Assembly: GCA_016933575.1 (NCBI GenBank)
Contig: JAFGAR010000028.1
Span: 32,001 to 96,000, forward strand
DNA length: 64,000 bases
Direction: 5' to 3'
Origin: Candidatus Thorarchaeota archaeon
GTDB lineage: Archaea; Asgardarchaeota; Thorarchaeia; Thorarchaeales; Thorarchaeaceae
The stretch's first letter is position 1, and each line of letters begins with the position of its first letter. Below are positions 9,872 to 17,547 of the stretch, piece after piece. Made by a program: the position numbers and the translations under genes. The notes under the pieces were generated by a model. It searched no databases, was not told the origin of the DNA, and saw only the letters and a program-made list of their open reading frames with translations.

Positions 9872-9909
9872 AAAAGAAAAGGGAGAGAAGGAGTGCGACC
9901 AGCGCACCC
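9872..9909 (-). terminator. Repeat copy R1, probable terminator of the hdr-mvh-vhuU operon
   Basis: Minus strand GGGTGCG-CTGGT-CGCACTCC hairpin, then TTCTCTCCCTTTTCTTTTC. Confidence 0.65.
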
Positions 9910-9920
9910 TTGCGGGGTGT

Positions 9921-9957
9921 GTCAAGCCCGGCTCAGTTCTTTACGCCGGACCTTCAT
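9921..9957 (-). promoter_or_regulatory. Eukaryote-type SECIS element
   Basis: AUGA-AGGUCCGGC-GU-AAAGA-AC-UGA-GCCGGGCUU-GA: AUGA/GA core, 9-bp helix plus 2 bp, apical AAA; about 80 nt after the in-frame UGA. Confidence 0.85.
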
Positions 9958-10106
9958 CCGCCGCCAGTCACGAGCTCCTTCCGGACTATCTCGCGGCCAT
10001 CCTCATCGACAACGACAAGGTGTGCGCCGCATGATAGTCAGCAGTCATAGCACCGAACCACCATTTCCAGGAGGTTCAGTAACCCTTCAGGGATTTCTTC
10101 TGACAT
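9954..10106 (-). CDS. vhuU: Selenoprotein VhuU, separately encoded C-terminal peptide of the [NiFeSe] hydrogenase large subunit
   Basis: MSEEIPEGLLNLLEMVVRCYDCULSCGAHLVVVDEDGREIVRKELVTGGG*; UGA at 10038-10040 sits at the Ni-ligand position of the L2 motif; the upstream large subunit lacks that motif. Confidence 0.92.
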
Positions 10107-10158
10107 TGTAGTTCACGTTTCCTTTTTGTTCTTTATAACTCTGAGGTATGGTTGTTTT

Positions 10159-11475
10159 CTATGTCTTGACCATAGGGTCGGGGAGTTTCAGGCTCTCATG
10201 GGCCTTGTCCTCGAAGATCTGCTTCGCTGCTACCATCAGGCTCTTCTCAATACCAGCGATGTTATTATTTGTCGCCACAATGAGATTTGCCTTCACTAGC
10301 ATTCCCTTATCATCGCTGACGTAGTTGTGCAAGAGAGTCCCTCGTGGAGCCTCTACAACGCCAACGCCTTCGCCAGCCTTGGTTTCGACATCAGCAAGTT
10401 TTACATCGGTGCTTACAATTTCTGGATCTTCAAGAAGAGTCTTGATCCACTCTGCAGCCTGTACCATCTCGACAACCCTAGCATAATGATAAGCAAACAC
10501 ATGATGAGATGGACGACCAATCAGATCACGCATTTCTTTTAGTGCGTCATTTGCAAGTGGAGTAGCCATCTTATCTACTACATTGCATCGAGCAAGAGTG
10601 TTGGTTCTCCAGATACCCTCAGGATATCCTGCGGGTTTGTAGTAGATGTGAGTTGCATAGCTATGCTTCGGGACATGTTCTCCATAATACTCCGTGTAGT
10701 CCTTTGGCTCGAAATCAGCGACAATCTTTCCATCAGGGTCCATAACGCGTATCTTGCCATCATAGATGTCGAGAGCACCTTTGTTATGTAGTCCAATGTA
10801 GTAAGTAGGTGTTACTCCAACTTTTGTTATTACATCAAGATATGCATTAACGACAGTCTTCGCAAGATCCACTGTCTTGTTGATATTCTCCATCAACTCA
10901 GGTACACGACCAAGCCAGTGGTCACGATCTTCCTCGGTCATGGGAGTGAGCTGCCCACCGGGAATTGCTGTGGTTGGATGGATTGCCTTTGCACCGACAG
11001 TCTTGATAATCTCTTGACCAAACTCCATGAGTTTGATAGCCTGCACGGCAACATCTGGAAGATGTTTCAGGACCGCAGCCACATTCCTGACTGCAGGATT
11101 GGCAAATGGGCCAAACACAAAGTCAGGAGCAGCAAGAGCATAGAAGTGGATAGCATGACTTGAGAGCTGCTTTGCCTCAATCATGAGTCTTCTTATCTTT
11201 ACTGCTGCTGGTGGAGGAGTAATATCCCAAGCAGCTTCAACAGCCTTTACTGAGGCAAGATGGTGAGGAATTGGACAGATTCCACAGATTCTCGGAGCGA
11301 TTCGAATAGCCTCCTCCATTGGGCGGCCCTCCAGGAACTTCTCAAAGAATCGAGTAGAGTTTACATTGAATTGTACATCCTTGACCTTTCCATCCTTTCC
11401 TAGTTTCAGCGTGAGTGAACCATGTCCTTCAAGCCTTGTCACTGGGTCGATTCTAATTGTCTTCTCGTCAGTCAT
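10159..11475 (-). CDS. mvhA: Group 3c [NiFe(Se)] hydrogenase large subunit lacking the L2 motif (VhuA type)
   Basis: DPVTRLEGH, RFFE, RICGICP, VEAPRG.L.H; no DPCxxC at the C-terminus. Confidence 0.95.
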   Translation of the reverse strand: MTDEKTIRIDPVTRLEGHGSLTLKLGKDGKVKDVQFNVNSTRFFEKFLEGRPMEEAIRIAPRICGICPIPHHLASVKAVEAAWDITPPPAAVKIRRLMIEAKQLSSHAIHFYALAAPDFVFGPFANPAVRNVAAVLKHLPDVAVQAIKLMEFGQEIIKTVGAKAIHPTTAIPGGQLTPMTEEDRDHWLGRVPELMENINKTVDLAKTVVNAYLDVITKVGVTPTYYIGLHNKGALDIYDGKIRVMDPDGKIVADFEPKDYTEYYGEHVPKHSYATHIYYKPAGYPEGIWRTNTLARCNVVDKMATPLANDALKEMRDLIGRPSHHVFAYHYARVVEMVQAAEWIKTLLEDPEIVSTDVKLADVETKAGEGVGVVEAPRGTLLHNYVSDDKGMLVKANLIVATNNNIAGIEKSLMVAAKQIFEDKAHESLKLPDPMVKT

Positions 11476-12395
11476 TTCTTCTTGACCTCCTCACGCTTGA
11501 TTCTAATGGAACCGAGGTGGCTAGTTGCATATGTGAACCTGTTGAAGAGACCTAAGGGATCTTTCACTTGTTCTTTAATCTCTTCAGGAGGAATCGGAGC
11601 ATAGGTACCTAACATAGACATAGCATTCGCTCCGAAATCTTGCATAATCGGCGGTGGAGGACCAAAGCATCCACGACAGGTCGCGCCTTTGTTCACACAT
11701 TGACCCTCACAGAGACCCCAGGTAGCTGAACCAAGACAGATGTAACCCTGTTCGAGCAGACACCGGTCCTTGTCAGCGATACCTTGGTATGGCCTGAGTA
11801 TCTTGTCAATGGGTGTGTCCTTCTTCTCTCGCGCACAGTAATGACAGACAGTATGCGGCTCGAGCTCGATTGGCTCGCCTTTTAACAGAGCTGTCACAGC
11901 TGTGAGTATGAGCTTGGATGTCGGGGGACAACCAGGGAGAAAGATCTCAAAGTCGACATAGTCAGTATTGGGTTTGACAACTGGAGCAATTGCAGGTAAG
12001 TTCTCTGATGGAACTTCACCACCTGACACGGTCTTGTTTTCTCGGAACTTGACATCAAGACATTCTTCAATATCTGAGAAGTTGGCTAATCCTGGTATTC
12101 CACCGAAGCATGAACAAGAACCAAATGCAATAAGGGTCTGACACTTCTCACGCATGACCTTGAGCAGATGGATATCCTCCTCTGTCCTAGCCATGCCTTC
12201 GTAGAGACCCACTGCTATGGACTTGTCCGGGTAATTCTCTAGGTCGTGAAGCTTGTAGTCAACAACGCACTGCCAGTACTTGATATCAAGTTGTGGCAGA
12301 ACGGTTGCCAGATTCATGTGAATATCAACAAGGCTCTGGAAACAGCCCCAACAAGAACTACCCTGACCCATTGCTATTGAAACAGGATCTGCCAG
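11472..12395 (-). CDS. mvhG: F420-non-reducing hydrogenase small subunit
   Basis: SCWGC, GSCSCFGG, PGCPP, C.GC.GP; probable CTG start at 12395 behind AAGGAGGT (ORF track starts at 12371). Confidence 0.9.
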   Translation of the reverse strand: MADPVSIAMGQGSSCWGCFQSLVDIHMNLATVLPQLDIKYWQCVVDYKLHDLENYPDKSIAVGLYEGMARTEEDIHLLKVMREKCQTLIAFGSCSCFGGIPGLANFSDIEECLDVKFRENKTVSGGEVPSENLPAIAPVVKPNTDYVDFEIFLPGCPPTSKLILTAVTALLKGEPIELEPHTVCHYCAREKKDTPIDKILRPYQGIADKDRCLLEQGYICLGSATWGLCEGQCVNKGATCRGCFGPPPPIMQDFGANAMSMLGTYAPIPPEEIKEQVKDPLGLFNRFTYATSHLGSIRIKREEVKKK

Positions 12396-12398
12396 CCT

Positions 12399-12641
12399 TT
12401 AGACCTCCTTCAGTACATAGGTCAGTTCTTCGCCCTCTTCGCTCGCAACCTCAACAACTCCCCAGCGGAGCATACCCATGAGATTCCAGACCACGAGACT
12501 CTTGTCGAATCCAGTGCCCTCTGCAATCTTAGATACCGTTGAGGGACCAGCCTTCAAGATGTCTTCAATTGCCTTGCGTTGCTTTCGGACGTCTCCACGC
12601 TTCTGACTGAAGAAGGTTGTAAACATCTTACTCATTTCCAT
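12399..12641 (-). CDS. Small winged-helix protein within the mvh operon
   Basis: ILKAGPSTVSKIAEGTGFDKSLVVWNL...GVV wHTH pattern; overlaps the mvhD stop. Confidence 0.75.
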   Translation of the reverse strand: MEMSKMFTTFFSQKRGDVRKQRKAIEDILKAGPSTVSKIAEGTGFDKSLVVWNLMGMLRWGVVEVASEEGEELTYVLKEV

Positions 12642-13078
12642 TCACTCCTTATTGGACCTAGTTTTCTTACTTGTTCTGTGATTGTCCTTACGCCATCAGC
12701 GAAGATTTGTGCCTCAGAGGCTGAAGCCCATTGTAGGCGCACCCTTCGAGGGTCAACGCCTGCTTGCTCAATCGCTGTCTCCATTAATGCCCATCGCGCG
12801 CGAGCCTTGAGGTTTCCGGAAGTATAATGACAGTCTCCGGGATGACATCCTGACACAAGAACGCCGTCAGCGCCCATGTCAAGAGCAGCGAGGACAAACT
12901 CAGGGGTGAGTCGTCCGGTGCAATTCACTCGCAGGATTCTCGCGTTTGGTGGGTACTGTATTCGACTTGTACCAGCCAAGTCCGCCCCGGCATAACTGCA
13001 CCAATTACAGCAGTAAGCTACGATACGGGGCTCCCACTCTTCGTTAGTCTTGGTAGTCTCGGTCATTGCAGCTGTCAT
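12632..13078 (-). CDS. mvhD: Hydrogenase [2Fe-2S] subunit MvhD (all-Cys form)
   Basis: CCNWCSYAGAD, VNCTGR, GCHPGDCHY. Confidence 0.95.
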   Translation of the reverse strand: MTAAMTETTKTNEEWEPRIVAYCCNWCSYAGADLAGTSRIQYPPNARILRVNCTGRLTPEFVLAALDMGADGVLVSGCHPGDCHYTSGNLKARARWALMETAIEQAGVDPRRVRLQWASASEAQIFADGVRTITEQVRKLGPIRSEWK

Positions 13079-14832
13079 ACTGGACCACCTCCATCAGACT
13101 GGGGTGCAGGGCATAGATATGCCTCGACCATGGATAGAATCTGATCGTCTGTACTGTGATACATGATTATTGCACTGCTCGGGCATGCAGCAGCACAGGT
13201 CCCACAGCCCTTACATTTGGCTTCCGTGACAAAGGCTATGGGTGGATCCTGTTCCTCATCCATGGCAATTGCACCATAGGGACACGCAGTGACACAGGTG
13301 TGACAAGACGAACAGAGTTCAGGTATCACATGAGAGACCGTTGACTCAATCTCCACTTCACCTCGTGCCATCAGACCAACAGCCTTTGCAGCAGCGCCAC
13401 TGGCATCAATGACCGCTTCAGACGCATTCTTTGCAGCTTGAGCGGCGCCAGCAATCATCACACCAGCGGTGTGTGTTGTCAACGGAGCAAGTTTGATGTG
13501 CTCAGGATTGAAGAATCCATCACCACTCCTAGTGAGACTGAACATCTTGGCGGTCTCGGCAATATCCTCAGGAGGAATCATAGCTGATGCCAAGACGAGA
13601 AGATCTGGATGGAACTCGAGTTCTGTTGCACCCAAGACATCGAACCATCTGATTCGTATGTCTCCATCTTTTGAAACCTCAACATTGGGATGTGCATCTG
13701 TTGGGAATTTACTATAGATGACATGCTTCTGCCTAGCAAGGCGTTGGAACTCCTCATGGCCCTTTCCATAGGTTCTGATGTCCTGATAGAGAATGAGAGC
13801 TTCATCAACTCGGTCACGAAGGTCTGCTGCAGCTTTTGCTGTGGCAGAACAACAGTGGCGAGAACAATGCTCATGTCCTATCTTTCCAGGTTCTCGGGAA
13901 CCAACGCAACCAATGAAGACAATCTTCTTCACAGGCGAACCATCACTGGGTTTCTTCAACATCTCAGAGGGAGCCATCTCCTGGAGTTCGGCAAGAGTGA
14001 TGATATTCGGAGAGTTCTCGTAGTTATAGTACCCCACAGGTTTGAATGCCTCAAAACCAGTGGCGACTATAACTGTACCAATATCATGCTTGTATTCTTT
14101 TCCTGAGGCCAAGTTTTTGATTGTCACTTCGAAATTGCCAATATATCCATCGAACTCGGATACCTTGCATCCAGTGTAAATCTTGATACGTTTGTGTTTG
14201 CGTACTGCATCTATTAGTGGACCAATGACTTGACCACCTGATTCATCTGAGGGGAAGAGATGTGTCCACTTGGCAACATTTCCACCCAGCTGGGTGTCTT
14301 TCTCTATGAGGACTACCTCGAAACCACGTTCTGCAATATCCAGAGATGCGCGAAGTCCAGCGATACCTCCACCAACGACCATGGTCCGTGGAATGACTTT
14401 CACCGACTTGATTGGTAGACTCTCCAACTTCGCAGCACGAGCCACAGACATCCGAACAAGGTCCTTTGCCTTTTCAGTAGCCTTCACAGGTTCGCGAGTA
14501 TGACACCAACTCACATGTTCTCGCAGGTTCACCTGGTCGAACAGGTATCTGTTGACATTAGCCTCCTCGACTACTCGTCGGAAGGTAGGTTCATGCATAC
14601 GAGGAGAACAACTAGCAACAACGACTCTGTTGAGATTGAACTCCTTGATCTTCTCTTTGATGAGGGTCTGTCCTGCATCAGAACACATGAACATCTCGTC
14701 TGTGGAAAAGACTACATGTGGTAAGCTCTTTGCCATCTTTGCTACTGCTACCACATCAACTGCACCAGCAATATTGTGTCCACAGTGGCAGACAAATACG
14801 CCGATGCGTGGTTCTTCTTTTGTATCTGACAT
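13075..14832 (-). CDS. hdrA: Heterodisulfide reductase A-like subunit (N-terminal domain, FAD domain, C-terminal ferredoxin; no inserted ferredoxin)
   Basis: RIGVFVCHCGHNIAG, ASCSP, GGGIAG, CVGSR...CSRHCC, two C-terminal CxxCxxCxxxCP. Confidence 0.9.
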   Translation of the reverse strand: MSDTKEEPRIGVFVCHCGHNIAGAVDVVAVAKMAKSLPHVVFSTDEMFMCSDAGQTLIKEKIKEFNLNRVVVASCSPRMHEPTFRRVVEEANVNRYLFDQVNLREHVSWCHTREPVKATEKAKDLVRMSVARAAKLESLPIKSVKVIPRTMVVGGGIAGLRASLDIAERGFEVVLIEKDTQLGGNVAKWTHLFPSDESGGQVIGPLIDAVRKHKRIKIYTGCKVSEFDGYIGNFEVTIKNLASGKEYKHDIGTVIVATGFEAFKPVGYYNYENSPNIITLAELQEMAPSEMLKKPSDGSPVKKIVFIGCVGSREPGKIGHEHCSRHCCSATAKAAADLRDRVDEALILYQDIRTYGKGHEEFQRLARQKHVIYSKFPTDAHPNVEVSKDGDIRIRWFDVLGATELEFHPDLLVLASAMIPPEDIAETAKMFSLTRSGDGFFNPEHIKLAPLTTHTAGVMIAGAAQAAKNASEAVIDASGAAAKAVGLMARGEVEIESTVSHVIPELCSSCHTCVTACPYGAIAMDEEQDPPIAFVTEAKCKGCGTCAAACPSSAIIMYHSTDDQILSMVEAYLCPAPQSDGGGPV

Positions 14833-14835
14833 TAT

Positions 14836-16137
14836 CTAAGATTCTCCTTTGCTAAGGACAATGGTAGCCTTCATTGCAGCCGCACTCCCTGCACTTACAG
14901 AATCAGGAATGTCTTTGGGACCATCTGCACAACCACACACGAATACACCGGGTGTCTTTGTCACAGTAGGACCAAAGAATGAGTGGTCTATCTTGATGTA
15001 ACCATCGTCAGTCTGTTCGATTCCCATCTTTGTAGCCATGGTGTCCATTCCTTGAGATGGAATCACACCAGGACTGATTACAATAAGATCGTGTTCGATT
15101 AGACGGACTTTTGTACTTTCAGTATCCTCGACCTTGATTACGAGGTTACCAGTATTCTTGCCCTCCATCACTTCAGCAACACGACCTCTGATGAACTTCA
15201 CGCCAAATCGTCTCTTGGCCATTTCATAAAATTCTTCGAAGCCTTTACCAAATGCACGAATGTCTGCATAATAGACCCAGACATCAGATTTTGGATCATG
15301 TTCGAGTGCCATGACAGCATTCTTGATCGAGTACATACAACATACTCGACTACAATATGGAACTCCTTTTTGGACATCACGAGCGCCAACACATTGTATG
15401 AATCCAATGCTCTTTGGTTTCTTGCCATCACTCAGTCGTACAAGGTGACCATGAGTAGGGCCAGCAGCATTGATTAGCCGCTCGAACTCCATTGCATGGA
15501 TCACATTCTGATAATGACCATATCCTAATCGTGGATATTGACTCACGTCAAAGAGTTCGAATCCTGTAGCAACTATAATCGCACCAACATGGATATTGAT
15601 TGTCTTATCTTTCATATCCATATCGATAGCCTTGCGTTCACATACCTTTACACATCTTCCACAGTCAATACAGTTCTCCTTATCGACCGTGAAAACATTA
15701 GGAGTAGCCTGTGGAAAACCCACGTAGATCGCCTTTCTGAAACCGATATTCATGTCAAACTCATTGGGAACTTCGACTGGGCATTCTGCTGCACAATCAC
15801 CGCACCCAGAACAGAGGTCTTCTCGGACATATCGAGCCTTTCTTCTTATGCGAACATGAAAATCACCAGCAACGCCAGTAACGCTACCAACCTCCGAATA
15901 GGTCAGAAGCTCTATGTGCGGGTGATGCGAGACCTCACTAAGTTTTGGCGTCAGTATACAAGCACTGCAATCCAGTGTTGGAAAGGTCTTATCTATCTGA
16001 GCCATCCGGCCTCCGATTGAAGGGGTTCTTTCTACTAGATATACTTTGAATCCCTGGTTAGCAATATCTAAGGCGGCCTGCATTCCTGCAACTCCTCCGC
16101 CAATGACCAATGCTGCATTGGGCTTCTTTTCTGTCAT
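14836..16137 (-). CDS. hdrA: Heterodisulfide reductase A-like subunit (short; FAD domain with inserted 2[4Fe-4S])
   Basis: GGGVAG, DKTFPTLDCSAC, CSRVCC, GPKDIPDSV. Confidence 0.92.
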   Translation of the reverse strand: MTEKKPNAALVIGGGVAGMQAALDIANQGFKVYLVERTPSIGGRMAQIDKTFPTLDCSACILTPKLSEVSHHPHIELLTYSEVGSVTGVAGDFHVRIRRKARYVREDLCSGCGDCAAECPVEVPNEFDMNIGFRKAIYVGFPQATPNVFTVDKENCIDCGRCVKVCERKAIDMDMKDKTINIHVGAIIVATGFELFDVSQYPRLGYGHYQNVIHAMEFERLINAAGPTHGHLVRLSDGKKPKSIGFIQCVGARDVQKGVPYCSRVCCMYSIKNAVMALEHDPKSDVWVYYADIRAFGKGFEEFYEMAKRRFGVKFIRGRVAEVMEGKNTGNLVIKVEDTESTKVRLIEHDLIVISPGVIPSQGMDTMATKMGIEQTDDGYIKIDHSFFGPTVTKTPGVFVCGCADGPKDIPDSVSAGSAAAMKATIVLSKGES

Positions 16138-16147
16138 TTCAATTCGC

Positions 16148-17017
16148 CTATACTTTTTGTAGAATCACCTGTGGATCGATTTTATTGAGGTGTATGCCTA
16201 GTTTCTCAAAGTCGATTCCTAGTGCGGGTCCCAAGAATTGTGGTAATGGGATGACTGGAATCTTAGGTGCATCACCTGCAAGATCATCAAATTGTATCGA
16301 AGTCAATTGGATATCACAGAACTCACATGCTGTGATGATTCCATCGACATTCTCTGCACGTATATTAGCTATCTTATCAAGACCAATTCTGGTAGCAACA
16401 TCTTGGTCCATCGCAAGCATAGGACCGCCGCAACACCGAGTCTTCCCAGTGTAATCAACCGCTGTTGCTCCAGTCAATTCGATAATACTATCGATAATCG
16501 TTGGATTCTCAGCATCATCAACCTTTACAATCTCAGGCGGTCGTGTGACATGGCAACCATAGTGAGCTGCAAGTCTGAGATCACTACTGTAAGGTTTGAC
16601 TATTGCTGATTTGATTGCTTCATATCCAATATCTTCTCGAAATATCTGAAGAAGATGTTTCACCTCAGAGGTACCAGTATATTTCAATCCCTCTTCTTCA
16701 AGTAATTTGTTGACTTCATCACGAAGTTTAGAATTATTGTCAAGATCATGCTTTACAGTCTTCAGAGACCCTGAACAAGCACCACATATTGCTAGGATGT
16801 CAAGATTCATACTCTCAGCCAATGCAAGAATACGACCACTCATGGCTGCAAAAGCAGTATGACTGAGTGATTCAACATACTGAGCACCACAGCAGTTGGC
16901 ATCCTTCATGAGAGTGAGTTTTATCCCTAATTTATCCAGGACAACCATAATGGATGCTTCATATGCTGGAAGTCGAACTGGTGTTGTGCAACCAGTGTAT
17001 AATGCAAATTCTTTCAC
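16148..17017 (-). CDS. hdrB: Heterodisulfide reductase subunit B
   Basis: Two CCG domains (GC...CCG...CxxC). Confidence 0.92.
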   Translation of the reverse strand: MKEFALYTGCTTPVRLPAYEASIMVVLDKLGIKLTLMKDANCCGAQYVESLSHTAFAAMSGRILALAESMNLDILAICGACSGSLKTVKHDLDNNSKLRDEVNKLLEEEGLKYTGTSEVKHLLQIFREDIGYEAIKSAIVKPYSSDLRLAAHYGCHVTRPPEIVKVDDAENPTIIDSIIELTGATAVDYTGKTRCCGGPMLAMDQDVATRIGLDKIANIRAENVDGIITACEFCDIQLTSIQFDDLAGDAPKIPVIPLPQFLGPALGIDFEKLGIHLNKIDPQVILQKV

Positions 17018-17547
17018 TTCTTATTACCTCCGTCAATGTAGCGCTTCTTGATCTTCTTCACAAACTCATTATTCCAGTCTAGATCAATATCAAGACCTAA
17101 GTCAGATCTATCATCTTCAATGAAGTCTGTATAAGCATCGTTCAGGAGCCAGCCATCCTCAAGGACTTTGTTTACTGTGTTTTGGAATACTTTGGGAATA
17201 TGACCCTCTCTTGTTGCAATCTCACGAACAGCATGGAAAATCTCAGAGAGATTGACATCTTCCTGACAGCGTTCTTCGCAGAGTCTACAAGTCATGCAAA
17301 GCCATGGCAAGTCGCTGGTAAGCACTTCTTCGCGTTTACCAAGTAGGATTTTCTGTATAAGCTGGCGGGGTCGATACTTGTCAGTCATGTTCGCTACCAT
17401 GCACGATGCAGTGCACATTCCACATTGGATACACTTCACAATTCCTTCTCCACCGAACTCCTGCTCGACTTCCTTTGCAAAGTCTGAACTTGGGGCATGG
17501 TTGATGTGTGAAGGTTCCTTGGTCACATCTTTTGCCATAGATTTCAT
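17014..17547 (-). CDS. hdrC: Heterodisulfide reductase subunit C
   Basis: CIQCGMCTASC, WLCMTCRLCEERC. Confidence 0.92.
   Translation of the reverse strand: MKSMAKDVTKEPSHINHAPSSDFAKEVEQEFGGEGIVKCIQCGMCTASCMVANMTDKYRPRQLIQKILLGKREEVLTSDLPWLCMTCRLCEERCQEDVNLSEIFHAVREIATREGHIPKVFQNTVNKVLEDGWLLNDAYTDFIEDDRSDLGLDIDLDWNNEFVKKIKKRYIDGGNKK

Noticed and set aside
4547-9909. Repeat family as a CRISPR array or IS ends
   Set aside because: Spacing is 0.5-2.3 kb with whole genes between copies, the copies are degenerate and direct, and no cas or transposase gene is present.
9860-9956. Read-through of the second and third in-frame UGA of vhuU as further Sec residues
   Set aside because: They lie inside the SECIS, and the extension translates terminator sequence with no recognisable motif.
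9957-9965. C-terminal GGG of VhuU as a ubiquitin/sulfur-carrier motif
   Set aside because: No beta-grasp domain; the tail is probably cleaved, and these codons abut the SECIS.
9869-10111. Plus-strand 80-aa ORF in the track
   Set aside because: Antisense shadow of vhuU and its SECIS; the minus frame carries the hydrogenase motif.
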